Shown here one piece after another: positions 10,835-20,769 of a stretch of DNA of 64,000 nucleotides (position 1 is its first letter; every line of letters starts with the position of its first letter). The notes under the pieces are model-generated. The model was not told the origin of the DNA. It saw only the letters and a list, made by a program, of their open reading frames with translations, and did no database searches. The translations under genes were made by a program, and so were the position numbers. Origin of the DNA: an uncultured Planctomycetota bacterium (GTDB lineage: Bacteria; Planctomycetota; Planctomycetia; Isosphaerales; Isosphaeraceae); the NCBI GenBank assembly GCA_963823665.1, contig CAWGMQ010000007.1:480001-544000 (forward strand), in the 5' to 3' direction.

Positions 10835-11188
10835 ATGAAATACACCAAAGATGCCGCCTATTCACAGCATAGGGCTGGCAGTTTGACTGCACTCACTTTC
10901 GTGCGAGCGGCTTGCTTCGTTACCTTGCTGGTCGGTGCAACTTGGTCGTTCACGTTTCTCGCCATGGCCGTAGTCCTTGGCAACACCACCCCCATCTCGA
11001 TCGGTCTTGTCCTTCTTCTGTGTATGACGCTCGCCATTTGGATGATCGCTGCCGTTTTGGGGACCGCTCTTCTGGTCCCCAAGTGGATTTGGGCCAAGAC
11101 GCAGGACCAACTCCTGCGAACACCGTGCTGGACGGCTGCACGCTCAAGTGTGTGGGACGAGTCGCTCGACGGACCCATTCGAGCCTGA
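10835..11188 (+). CDS. Small membrane protein
   Basis: Two TM segments and a VWDESLDG tail. Confidence 0.6.
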   Translation: MKYTKDAAYSQHRAGSLTALTFVRAACFVTLLVGATWSFTFLAMAVVLGNTTPISIGLVLLLCMTLAIWMIAAVLGTALLVPKWIWAKTQDQLLRTPCWTAARSSVWDESLDGPIRA

Positions 11189-11470
11189 ACGAAAGCGAAA
11201 GTCCAAGGAGTTCAGCGCGGTTCTCGAGGACAAGAGCAAGCCCGCCAAGGAGCGACAGCGCGCGCTGCTATTCCTCATTCACTTCGTCGAGGACGTGCAC
11301 ATGCCGATGCACGTGGGTGATAACAGCGAGAGGGGTGGGACCGGGCCCAACTCCGTTTCTGCGACTTGGGAACGAATATGCACTCGCTCTGGGACGGCGG
11401 GTTGCTCTCGCAAGTGAGCAACAACGAAGATTACTGGCTCGAGGAACTGACTGTCCTAGCGTCAGCTCAG
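11186..11470 (+). pseudogene. S1/P1 nuclease internal fragment
   Basis: ALLFLIHFVEDVHMPMHVGDNSERGG and, in a shifted frame, NMHSLWD match S1/P1 zinc-ligand motifs; no start or end present. Confidence 0.75.
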
Positions 11471-12290
11471 AAAGTTTGTCGTATAGGCGAATGGCTTGGT
11501 CTATCTCGCCCCAGAGGCTTCGACCGGTCCGGGCGTCGTGATCCCACTTCCAGCAACGGATGCCAGCAGCTTGGAAGTCATTGTGAAGGCGAGTTGCGAA
11601 TTCTTCGTCGGCGGTGCTATAGCTAATGAAGCACGAATAGAACTGGATCGGCTGCATCGAGTTCAGAATCAAAGGCAGCGATTGAATCAGACTCTCGGGC
11701 AGTCCGCAGCCGCGGAGCAAGACTTTTGGGATGTTTTCCTTCAATAGCAAGAGAGTGTCTGTTCCGAGTGTGCTCGGTCCGATGTGGAGGACGGAGTCGA
11801 GACCGTGTGGCTCGGATAGATCGACGTTCGCAAATATTGTGAAGTAACAACTAACCTCGCTGAGGTTGGCGTCTCCGAGTTTGGCGCTGCAGAAGTAGGC
11901 GCCGCTGAGGTCCGCACCGGTGAGGTCGGCGCGGCAGAGGTCCGCAGCGCTCAAGTCGGCGGCGCCGAGATCAGCGCCGTTGAGATCGGCATCGCGGAGA
12001 GTGGCGTGCCTGAGGTTGACACGGCCGAGGTTGGCGCCGCTGAGGTTGGCGCGGCTAACGTCCGCGCGGCTGATGTCGGCCCACCTGACGTCAGCGTCGT
12101 TGAGGCTGGCTCCAGTGAGGTTGACGCCGCTGAGTTTGGCGCGGCCGAGGTTGGCGCCGCTGAGGTCGGTGTGCCTGAAGTCGAGGAAGCTGAGGTCAGG
12201 GATTTCGTCACCCCCGCCGCGACGGCGGTTCCATTCGGCGATGCCTTCCTTTCCACCCTTGAGCAGCTCGAGCGCTACATCGCGATCCAT
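11471..12290 (-). pseudogene. Pentapeptide-repeat plus TIR domain protein, TIR truncated at the C-terminus
   Basis: A(D/N)LxG repeats, then FYSCFISYS...FATRLHND...GIRCW...IDQAIRLYDKL; similarity stops abruptly near 11471 and the ORF reads on to 11268 through antisense nuclease sequence. Confidence 0.8.
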
Positions 12291-12336
12291 GTCGCTGACC
12301 TCCGTCACTCGCTTGCCTGATAGGTACGGCAAACTC

Positions 12337-12555
12337 TTATGCATCCCGCGGATCGGGCTCGAGGAAGACCGCCCCGTCGCGCCACTTGATCACGACACCC
12401 CAACGTCTTGAAGTATGACCACTCGGCCACGGGTCGGCGCTGATCTCGTCCACGTCGTATCTGCCGGCTTTCCAGTCGCGGATCGCAGGCTCGATATCGG
12501 CGAGGGTATCGACGTCGATGATGGGCTCTTGTCCGTTATGGGTGATTCGGTACAT
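12337..12555 (-). CDS. Small hypothetical protein, paralogue of 13435-13650
   Basis: Shares DVDT..IEP.IR...GRY..DEI.ADP.PS..TSRRWGV.IKW.DG.V..EPDP with the second copy. Confidence 0.75.
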   Translation of the reverse strand: MYRITHNGQEPIIDVDTLADIEPAIRDWKAGRYDVDEISADPWPSGHTSRRWGVVIKWRDGAVFLEPDPRDA

Positions 12556-12609
12556 CGTGCGTCGCCTGGAGAGAAATCCCGCGGCCGGCCGGAGGAGTGA
12601 CAGGCGAGG

Positions 12610-12804
12610 TTAGCCGCGAGTCCTCGTCGTCAAGAGTAGCCATACGGCCCCGAACAAGCACGAGATCCCAACGGCGCCTTGGATCGTCCACCAAGCCCAC
12701 CAACTGTCGCGAGGCATCTCTTTGGTCGCGAACGCGGAATAGACGCAGGCCGCGACGATCAAGAGCAGAACGACTGACAGTAAGGCTCGACCAATGCGCA
12801 ACAT
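12610..12804 (-). CDS. Small membrane protein
   Basis: 64 aa, two TM helices, GGAGG upstream. Confidence 0.55.
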   Translation of the reverse strand: MLRIGRALLSVVLLLIVAACVYSAFATKEMPRDSWWAWWTIQGAVGISCLFGAVWLLLTTRTRG

Positions 12805-13434
12805 GACAATCCCGCCTCCGTTAGATGCAACCCGTCGACCATGTGCGGCGGACGGGTTCGCGAAGCTCCGCCTATGATCCTACGTGAAGGACACGCGTGG
12901 ATTGAATGCCCGGGCCGTCCCAGTGAAGTAAGGAACGCCCGGACTGGCGGGGTTAACGATCGCGCCGAGCGCCATGAAATTGCCCAAGAGCGCGACGTCG
13001 CATCGATCCGGTCGAGCACCTCACTATCCGCCTGGCTTCGCGGGCCGAACAGTATCCAGTTTGACGGGGCAGAATAGGGATCGCAAGTGCTGCCGGGGGC
13101 GCTCACGTTCGCTACGGTAGCGCCGGGTCCACATTGCTGATCAACCTTACGCTCACGGGCTGGCTGATTGCCGTACTGATCTACTGTCCGTTGCGCCGGC
13201 GGTTCTATCGGTCGAAGGATGGTCCAGACGCCTCGCTGTGAAGCCCGCCCCTAGTCATCATACAAATTAGTGTCGATCAGAATCGCAACATCGTTCGTCA
13301 TGGAACCACCTTCGTTCGGAGTTCCGATTTAGCGCACCGCTCAGCGCGACCGCGTAGCACTCTCTCAGTCATCATCATGGCGCAAAGAACCGGCCGCAAG
13401 ATCCCAGTGGAGGCGAATGTGGCGGGCCGTTCGC

Positions 13435-13650
13435 TCATGGCCACGGATCGGGCTCGATCGCAACCGTGCCATCTGCCCATTTGATCCCGACACCCCAGCG
13501 GCGCGAAGTGCGGCGACTCGGCAGCGGATCAGCTCTGATCTCATCGATGTGATATCGGCCCGGCTGGTTCGAGCGGATCACGGGCTCGATTGCTTCCGCG
13601 GTATCGACGTCAACGAATTTATCCGACCGGGAGTTTTTGATTCGGAACAT
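13435..13650 (-). CDS. Small hypothetical protein, paralogue of 12337-12555
   Basis: Paralogy with 12337-12555. Confidence 0.72.
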   Translation of the reverse strand: MFRIKNSRSDKFVDVDTAEAIEPVIRSNQPGRYHIDEIRADPLPSRRTSRRWGVGIKWADGTVAIEPDPWP

Positions 13651-13697
13651 CGTCCTCTGCAAGAGCGTGCTCACCATCGTGAACCTCGCCGTTGCGG

Positions 13698-14186
13698 TCA
13701 TTGGCCCGCCAGGTCCCTGAATGCGGTGATTTCGATGGTCGAGTTCCCATCACGGACGTCCTTATGCGCCGTGAAAACGATCTTGGTTGGGTAACCGAGC
13801 TTCGGGTGATAAGTAGCCACGATCGTCGCGTAATTGGGGTTTTTGGAAACAGTGTGAATGCTCGCGAATAGCTCGTCGATGGTTAGGCGAGGTGGGTCAA
13901 TGTAGCTCAACGAAGTGACGGTTTTTACGACGCCCCCACGAACTTCGATCTGGCCAGCGTCCTGGCCGAAGCTGTGGGCCGAGAAGGGGTGGATCTCAAA
14001 GGAATAATCGTGGATGCCACTCCGTTTCCAGCGCTCCTCAGCCGCGGTCAATGCCGCGGTCTGATCGGTCGTCAGTGCAGACCGGGACGTCGGTGCAGGC
14101 CGGGAGCAGCCTACCACCATCAGCACGGCCCAGCAGCAGACCAAGATCCTGGATCGACGTGAGAGTTGCATAGGCGTAGGCAACAT
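13698..14186 (-). CDS. Putative lipoprotein (DUF6174-like)
   Basis: Lipobox VVGC; W...GIHDY, TIDELF and YHPKLGYP motifs. Confidence 0.72.
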   Translation of the reverse strand: MLPTPMQLSRRSRILVCCWAVLMVVGCSRPAPTSRSALTTDQTAALTAAEERWKRSGIHDYSFEIHPFSAHSFGQDAGQIEVRGGVVKTVTSLSYIDPPRLTIDELFASIHTVSKNPNYATIVATYHPKLGYPTKIVFTAHKDVRDGNSTIEITAFRDLAGQ

Positions 14187-14456
14187 AATGCGCTCCAGAT
14201 GAGGCCCAGCACCTTACAATCCGCCCGGCTCCGCTGGCCGGACGGTATCTAGCTTCGCTGAGCAGAAGGGGCATCGCAAGCAGCTAGGCATCACGCCCGT
14301 GGCCCCACGCGACGCAACGACGCGTCCAGTCGCCTCGCGGTGGAATCGATCGGCTCGAGGGGCGCACGCCTCGCACGGGGGCAGGGCAGGGGCTTGCGCG
14401 CTCGATTTTGGCCTCGGCGGAGCGATCGTTAACCGCCGGCGCTAACGGTCAAAACG

Positions 14457-14510
14457 CTTATCCGTTTCTTATCCGTTTGAGCCCAAATTATCCGCGTTCT
14501 GTGTCCGTTT
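14457..14510. repeat. Short direct repeats next to the att site
   Basis: CTTATCCGTTT x2, ATTATCCGCGT and GTGTCCGTTT. Confidence 0.6.
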
Positions 14511-14602
14511 GCGCGTGATTCTCGACATGGCGAATATTAGGACAAACGTGCTCAGCACACCGGTTACGACATTTATGCTGATATGCCCACTCTTACATCA
14601 GA

Positions 14603-14636
14603 AGCTAAAGGTTACAGGTTCAACTCCTGTCGGGCA
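14603..14636 (+). repeat. attR-like exact copy of the tRNA-Arg 3' end
   Basis: AGCTAAAGGTTACAGGTTCAACTCCTGTCGGGCA is identical to 8052-8085. Confidence 0.92.
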
Positions 14637-14728
14637 CACTAAACAGCGTAAAGACTCACGCAAACCTTCGGTGATGACTGCTACCGAATTTGGTACGGAA
14701 CGCCTCTTCGGAAGGAACCGTTCGACAC

Positions 14729-14962
14729 ATGCTATCGAAACCCGCCGAAGATCTCCTGCGTCGACGACTTGCAAACGAGTGGGTTGACGTTACGGATGAG
14801 ACGCGACCACTGTACCGTGAGTTGGCCGCGGCGGGATTGATGAGCACCCGACATTCGTTTGCAAGCGGAAGGGACGGGTCGTACCGGCTGACAGCGGCGG
14901 CTCTTGAATGGGCTAACGGCTCCGCCAGCCACTTGGCAAGCTACAGTAAGCAGCCAGGATAA
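14729..14962 (+). CDS. Small hypothetical protein, possibly winged-helix
   Basis: YRELAAAGLM...YRLT pattern; GGAAGG upstream. Confidence 0.5.
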   Translation: MLSKPAEDLLRRRLANEWVDVTDETRPLYRELAAAGLMSTRHSFASGRDGSYRLTAAALEWANGSASHLASYSKQPG

Positions 14963-15104
14963 ATTCCCTCTCCGTTCTGAACCAGTCCGACGTCTCGTCT
15001 CTGGTTGCGTGGCCTCCATCCCTCCCTTCTTCATTCGTGAGATTCGTGTTATTGGTGGTTAAGGGCATTCAAGGCCTCGCCGGCCCACCCGGGGCCTGAT
15101 CTTT

Positions 15105-15608
15105 ATGTGCGGTTACCTCTCAAAAATCGGGGTTTCCTTCGTTCCGCGTCTCAGAATCGGGCATTGGATGGCGGTCGTACTTTGTGTGGGGCTCGCCCTG
15201 CCCGCGCTCAGGAGGATTCTTACCGGAAGCCCCGAACTCGACATCCTCTCGTCGCGGTTTGCATTGATCGGCAAGATTGACGCAAATCGCGACGGCAAGG
15301 ACGACCGCGCCGCGTTCAAACGGGTCATCGAGGCAGCGGGTGGCAGTGTGGACTACGACCTCCCTGCGCCGGAAGTCGGCCAAGAAGTCGGCAAGCTGTC
15401 GCCCCGGATCGATTGGTACGTCGTCGATGATCGAACTTATTGCCCATCGCTATCCGCGCCGATTGACGTTGGCTGGCACCAGTTCGCCAAACGAGTGAGC
15501 GAGCGCATCAAAGAAGCGCGGCTCGACGGGATCAAGCCCATGCCGCTTTCACGCCTGGTGCCGATCGTGCGCACCGCCACGCGCCAAGGTCCGCTGCGCG
15601 GCCGCTGA
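15105..15608 (+). CDS. Hypothetical protein with TM helix and BRCT-like segment
   Basis: FALIGKID...KRVIEAAGGSV...IDWYVV...EARLDGI pattern. Confidence 0.6.
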   Translation: MCGYLSKIGVSFVPRLRIGHWMAVVLCVGLALPALRRILTGSPELDILSSRFALIGKIDANRDGKDDRAAFKRVIEAAGGSVDYDLPAPEVGQEVGKLSPRIDWYVVDDRTYCPSLSAPIDVGWHQFAKRVSERIKEARLDGIKPMPLSRLVPIVRTATRQGPLRGR

Positions 15609-16272
15609 CCTTCGGATCGTGGCCGCGGCGTCTCGCCACTCGGATCGGACATTTTGGCGAGCCGGGAGCCCGCCTCCTTTCTTCTGCGGGTCCACTTGGC
15701 GGTGGTCCGTCCGGTGTACGCACCGCTTTGGTCATGTAGGGCACTTCATACACTTGAGCGGGCCGGGCTGGTCACTGTCGCGAGACGGCCGGGCCGCCAT
15801 TCGGTCTTCACATTTCTTGATCCTTCCACGACGGCCGATTGACTGAGTGCGCAAACGATGCCAGCCATTCGCGTACGAACTCGGACGATCGCCCTCCCGG
15901 TCGCGGCGCCGCACCGGCGGTTCGATCGGGCGACCGACGACGTCCTCTCGGCGGTTGGCAGCAACGCTGAAACGCAGATGGCAGCCTCGCCGACGAGGCC
16001 CGAGGCGCTTCGGTCGAGGGACTGAACGGGTTTGGCTCGATTTCCTTGGGCGGCATGGTTTCCCCGAATCTTTGGGGTTCAAGTCACTTCGAGACGATCC
16101 CAGTTTCGCCGAACGACCGGCGGCGGGCAACTCTGGGCCCGCAGCGGACGAAAAAACCCCGGACCTGCGAGCGTCCGGGCCGGTGACTCAAATCCGTCCG
16201 TTGCGCGATATGATGAATGTGCTCAGCACACAGGCTACGGCATTTATGCTGATATGCGCAGTTTATCCTCCT

Positions 16273-16309
16273 GAGCCAAGGGTTAAAGGCTCAATTCCTG
16301 TCGGGCATA
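16273..16309 (+). repeat. Second, degenerate copy of the tRNA-Arg 3' end
   Basis: GAGCCAAGGGTTAAAGGCTCAATTCCTGTCGGGCATA; the upstream 16219-16260 also matches 14548-14589. Confidence 0.8.
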
Positions 16310-16444
16310 CCGGATGTTAATCGCGTCAATCGCGCGCCTCGCGAGCCTCTCCGTGCGGCGCGGCCGAAATCCTCCCACCTAGCCGTTGGTCTACCCGGAT
16401 TTCGAGGCTCGACCACGTTCGATCACACTCGAAAGACCCATTCA

Positions 16445-16668
16445 AACTGGTGCCCCCCGGCCTCCCGGCTCCCGGGGAAATCTCTTCAAGTTGCGTCGGT
16501 CTGTTGGCTCTTGGCGGGTTGGAACCGATCGGCCGAGTTCAAGCTGGCGTTGGACGATCGGGCCGAGGTCGGCCTCTCCCGGTTCTAGGCCTCCCAGGGT
16601 TTGGTTACACTGGAACGGGCCAGGTTGATCTCCGTCGCGAGACGGCCCGGCCGGTCTCCGACTCTTAA
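16445..16668 (+). pseudogene. Degenerate copy of the winged-HTH module gene (cf. 23847-24140)
   Basis: Nucleotide similarity including TCTGTTGGCTCTTGGCGGGTTGGAA.CGATCGGC.GAGTTC. Confidence 0.7.
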
Positions 16669-16714
16669 GGTACTGGACGCTCTAGCGGGACGCGGTTAGC
16701 TCGAGAGGCCGAGT

Positions 16715-16966
16715 ATGCGGCATTTTCAGTTTCGTATCGTGACGTTCATGCGGTTCGTTGGGTTCGCAGCCGTCGGTTTCGCGGTGGCGCGTCTATTTCT
16801 CACGAGCTTTGAGTCAGGCCTTTCCGCCTCACTTTTCGGCGTATTCGGCCCACTCATTGCGGTTCGGCGTCATCTGCCGAGTCGTTCGCGGTCGCCGGAG
16901 TTACCGTGTCCACCCACAACAACGTTGACGTTAAAACCTGAAAGCGGGGAAGCCGAGAGAGTGTAG
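16715..16966 (+). CDS. Small membrane protein (module cargo)
   Basis: MRHFQFRIVTFM N-terminus and hydrophobic segments. Confidence 0.6.
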   Translation: MRHFQFRIVTFMRFVGFAAVGFAVARLFLTSFESGLSASLFGVFGPLIAVRRHLPSRSRSPELPCPPTTTLTLKPESGEAERV

Positions 16967-16973
16967 GTTAATA

Positions 16974-17048
16974 ATGGGGTGGAAAACCATCAACGGTCGC
17001 CGCGATTACTACAAATCGGAGCGAGACGGAAACCGAGTAAAACCTTGA
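16974..17048 (+). pseudogene. 5' remnant of the 'GWKTINGRRYY' module gene
   Basis: MGWKTINGRRDYYKSERDGNRVK matches the start of 24450-24842. Confidence 0.7.
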
Positions 17049-17300
17049 GATTTGGTCTGCCCCCCGGTCGTTGGCGTCGGTCGTTGTCCTTGCCAGCAGC
17101 GGTGCGCAACAATCCCGAATCACCGAGATTCTCGCGCCAGGTACTGGGCTGACATCGCTGTCATCAACAAAGTCGAAGAGGTTCCGGACCCTCCGCGGCC
17201 GTGCTACACTCCGGTATATTCTCCGAGAAGACGCACTCGGGCGCGTTCCCCGGTTTCGGAAGCGCCGAAGAGACCGCGTCGTGGATGCGAGAGCCCGAAC

Positions 17301-18389
17301 ATGGACCAAATCAAAGCGGCCGCGGGCGTGCCGAGGAACGAGACCGCCTGGGCCAGTATGGGGCTGACATTCTTTGTGTCGCTGATCGAGCTTTGCCTCG
17401 TGAAACTCGCCTGGGCGGTTCTCGGCCTGCCCAGCTTCGACGCCGGCAAAGGCTTCCTCGACCTCTGGATCGGGAATATTATCGTCGCGCCGCTTCTTGG
17501 CACCCGCTTTTACAGGTCACGCGAAGTGGCTCGAAGCGCCCGCATCGCATCTCCGGGTGAGTTTTTGATCGTAACCACGGCGATCGCGTCGCTCCTCACT
17601 TTATCGGGGTCGACGCTATTGTCGCTCATTTTTGCCGCCGGAATCCGGGTCGACCCGCTTCCTGCGCAATTTGTGATAGGTTTCGTAGCTGGCGTGAGCC
17701 TGTTCGTCGCCTTTATTCTGGGCGACCGGTTCTTCCTCGCATGCGGCAAATCTTTGAGTGGAAGCTCCGTCGTGACATGGGATCGTTTGATCGCCGAGGA
17801 GGAACGCTTCGTCGCGCCGAGCTTGGCGGTCGAGTACGGGTACGATCGCCAGAGTCTCCTTGTCACATCGCTTCTCTGCCATCTCTTCTGTCTGGTCGTG
17901 ATGTTTCTTCTCTTTCTGGCTCGCCCGGGTATGTTCGGTTTTTTTCTGGCTGGCGCAATGATCGTCGCCTCCGAAATATCGGGTTTCTGGTGGTTGAGCC
18001 GCGAGGGAAGTATCATGCGCGTCGATCATGGAGGAGTGTTCGGTTATCCAACGGGACTCCCCTTCACCAGAAAGCTGGTTCCCTGGTCCGAAATCGCATC
18101 CTGCGACTTGATCACCCTCTATGACCCGTCCGGCCGCGTGGTCTGTTTCGTCCCGGTTTTCAAGAATCAGGCCAGCGAGGCACTCTTGAAATTGAACCTG
18201 GCCCAGGTGCCGCTGATCGACCAGGAGCGCATCGTGCGATACATCAAGATGAAGCTGCCCGTACCGCGGGCGGCCATCGATGACGCAGTCGGGATCGCCA
18301 AGAAAATCGCTACCAAAGACGCCGGGCTTGACCGCGGAGGCAGAGTTCTTCGCCGGTCCGAGAAGTCGGAGCTGTCTGTTGGCTCTTAA
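17301..18389 (+). CDS. Multi-pass membrane protein, possible C-terminal PH-like domain
   Basis: Six hydrophobic segments followed by a RVDHGGV...VPWSEI motif. Confidence 0.65.
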   Translation: MDQIKAAAGVPRNETAWASMGLTFFVSLIELCLVKLAWAVLGLPSFDAGKGFLDLWIGNIIVAPLLGTRFYRSREVARSARIASPGEFLIVTTAIASLLTLSGSTLLSLIFAAGIRVDPLPAQFVIGFVAGVSLFVAFILGDRFFLACGKSLSGSSVVTWDRLIAEEERFVAPSLAVEYGYDRQSLLVTSLLCHLFCLVVMFLLFLARPGMFGFFLAGAMIVASEISGFWWLSREGSIMRVDHGGVFGYPTGLPFTRKLVPWSEIASCDLITLYDPSGRVVCFVPVFKNQASEALLKLNLAQVPLIDQERIVRYIKMKLPVPRAAIDDAVGIAKKIATKDAGLDRGGRVLRRSEKSELSVGS

Positions 18390-18575
18390 CGGGTTGGAGC
18401 CGATCGGCCGAGTTCGAGCCGGCGCTGGACGATTGAACGGAGTTCGGCCCCTCCCGGTTCTCGGCCTCCCGTGGGTCGGATACATTGGAGCGGGCCGGGT
18501 TGGTTTCTGTTGTGAGACGGCCGGGGCGGCCTCCGGTCGTCAGAATCCTTGACGCTTCGGCGAGAGCCGATTGAC
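18335..18575 (+). pseudogene. Degenerate copy of the winged-HTH module gene
   Basis: Nucleotide similarity to 23950-24140 and 16480-16660; internal stop. Confidence 0.7.
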
Positions 18576-18589
18576 TGAGTACGCAAACG

Positions 18590-19165
18590 ATGCCAGTCAT
18601 TCGCATACGAACCCGGATGATCATACTCGCGATCGCGTTGATTGTCGGTGCCACAGCCTGCTGTTACCTGGACCCCCACGAGGATCCGGTTTTCTTGAGC
18701 GTCATATGCGGCACATTGATCGCTTGCGCGCTCGTCCTGTCGGTGGTCTGTGGAGTTAGCTGCCTTGCCCTCGCCGCACCGTTTCTGAAGAAACTCCGAC
18801 GTTTACATCCGGAATCCAGCGTCGGACCGGGCCGCTTCCGGATTCGGACAATCATGCTCGTCATCGCTGTGATTGCCATTCTGATCGGGTTGCTCCGAGA
18901 CTCGATTGTTGCAACTCGCATCGCGCAGTGTTGGGTCGAGAACGATGGCTGGGATTTTTGGTTCGTAACTGACTCGGTCGAGACTGTCTCCCCTTCCCAC
19001 GTGCGTTCGTATACGGTTCACGATCTCCACAAAACTCACGTCCCCCTGCTCCAAATCGTTGCTACAGCGAGTGCGCTGATGGCTCTGGTGCGCTTCTATC
19101 ACAGAAAGCGAATGCGCCGAGCGCGGGAAGAAATCGAGTCGGAGGATGCGGCCGTGGCGGAATAG
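18590..19165 (+). CDS. Membrane protein (module cargo) with two R(F/I)RIRT motifs
   Basis: MPVIRIRTRMII and internal RFRIRTIML; TM helices. Confidence 0.65.
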   Translation: MPVIRIRTRMIILAIALIVGATACCYLDPHEDPVFLSVICGTLIACALVLSVVCGVSCLALAAPFLKKLRRLHPESSVGPGRFRIRTIMLVIAVIAILIGLLRDSIVATRIAQCWVENDGWDFWFVTDSVETVSPSHVRSYTVHDLHKTHVPLLQIVATASALMALVRFYHRKRMRRAREEIESEDAAVAE

Positions 19166-19370
19166 TTCGACGAGGTCCGGGCCCGCAGCCGCATGGCGAT
19201 CGCAAAGACGGACGACGCTCTAGCCGACTCGCGCACGCGGCCCCGTCTCCGGTCCGTCGTGTCGCCATCGACGCTTCATGGGCTGTTCAGCCCGTCCCCG
19301 GACCGAACCGAGCAGATAGATACTCATATCAGCCTTACCTTTGCGTCTTCTCGCCTTTGCGTGAGCCCCT
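19124..19370 (+). repeat. ~250-bp direct repeat, partner at 24621-24868
   Basis: CGGGAAGAAATCGAGTCGGAGGAT...GACGCTCTAGCCGACTCGCGCACGCGGCCCCGTCTCCGGTCCGTCG present in both copies. Confidence 0.88.
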
Positions 19371-19451
19371 CTCCGCCGTATCCCGTGCCGGTCTCCATAC
19401 GTTACGATCCTGGGTGCGACGGTGGGAAACCCTTGATGTCAGAGGCCGAAG

Positions 19452-19796
19452 ATGCCGCGAATTCAATTCCGAGTTCGGACGATCATGCTCGCCGCCTTGT
19501 TCGCGGCGTTCTTTATGGGGATCTTGATGGCTGTGCTGCGCTCACCACTTGGGGAGAACCCATTTCACGATACATACCCCGAGTTTTTAATGATATTGAT
19601 CCAAATTTTCTTTTTTCCGATCATCGCCTTTCTCGCTTTTCTCGCCACGGTGGCGTTGGTGTGGGCCGTTCAATTCGCGGTATCCCGGAACATATTCCGA
19701 TCGTTACGACGGCAAGGAAGCCGACGATCGAGAATGGCTGGCGGACCAGACCCCCGTGCCGACGTGGATCGAAGCGGGGATTTGAAGAAAGTGTAG
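19452..19796 (+). CDS. Small membrane protein (module cargo)
   Basis: MPRIQFRVRTIML N-terminus; two TM helices. Confidence 0.68.
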   Translation: MPRIQFRVRTIMLAALFAAFFMGILMAVLRSPLGENPFHDTYPEFLMILIQIFFFPIIAFLAFLATVALVWAVQFAVSRNIFRSLRRQGSRRSRMAGGPDPRADVDRSGDLKKV

Positions 19797-19887
19797 GTTA
19801 AGAATGGGATGATCGCTCCCATACTCCGGCCCTGAGTTGAGAGGCCATGCCTCGGCCGTTTCGCGAGGCGATTCGTGTCCCTCATCC

Positions 19888-20370
19888 TCAACCTCCCTTG
19901 GTTTGGGCCTTCTTCAAGATCGCGATCTGACCTGCGTGATACAGAGCATGTTGGGCGACGCCGTGGAGCATGGCATACACAGAATACCCCTTGCTCGGCA
20001 CCTCCTCCTCCAGCCGTTCGGGCGCGACCGTCGCCACCATTTCGAGCAACCGTTGATGAGTTCGTTTGAGCTGCTCCACGGCCTGAGTCCAGGCATCCGG
20101 CGTCGGCTCGGGTGCCGGGGGCCAGTCCTGGTCGGGAGGCAACTCCACGATCACCTCACCCAAGAGCCGGCGACGGACGACATCGTGATCGGTCCCGATA
20201 TGCAGCACGTTCTCCCAGATGCTATGGGCCCCCGGGACGGGTTTCGCAACGGCTTGCTCCGGCGCGACGCCGGCCAGGATTTCGAGAACCGATGGCCCCG
20301 ACCAGGCGTTGCCCTCGAAGGCCCTCCGAAGCTGATCGACGATCCGTTCGATTTCGTTCACTCTGGACAC
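19888..20370 (-). CDS. DinB family protein
   Basis: FEGNAWSGPS, HSIWENVLH and HALYHAGQI motifs. Confidence 0.88.
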   Translation of the reverse strand: MSRVNEIERIVDQLRRAFEGNAWSGPSVLEILAGVAPEQAVAKPVPGAHSIWENVLHIGTDHDVVRRRLLGEVIVELPPDQDWPPAPEPTPDAWTQAVEQLKRTHQRLLEMVATVAPERLEEEVPSKGYSVYAMLHGVAQHALYHAGQIAILKKAQTKGG

Positions 20371-20769
20371 TCCTCTCGCCCTCGGCAGGCGAAGTACGAC
20401 GAGTGCTGCATGAGGTGAATAGCGACACTCCGAATTCTCCGTCCGGCCACCATTCTTGCGCCGAGGATGCACTGATCCGCTTGATGATCGCATCATACAA
20501 AACCATAATCCCGATCGCGATGCCGAGGGCCAGCACCTAGCCTTAGACCGCAATCGGCCGTGCGCACGAGATTAGATACAAATTCCCGATGTTGCGGCTA
20601 CAACCTCGACGAACTCCCGACGTGATCGCCAAGCGGCCTGGAATCGCGCCTGTCGCATCGCCAGGCGTCGGGACGTGGGATCGATCGACCGTCCTTCGAC
20701 GAACCACGTGCGAGGCGTTATGATGAATCGAGCGAACAGGCATCGGCCCTCCGCGCGGAGGAGGCCAGC

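Larger units (their letters stand above)
8088..14636. mobile_element. Decayed genomic island integrated at tRNA-Arg(CCG); no integrase seen
   Basis: Bounded by a 34-bp exact duplication of the tRNA 3' end (8052-8085 = 14603-14636); carries TA-like, TIR and orphan genes. Confidence 0.75.

Noticed and set aside
14603..16309. Additional tRNA genes
   Set aside because: Only the 3' halves are present; there is no D-arm or 5' acceptor strand.
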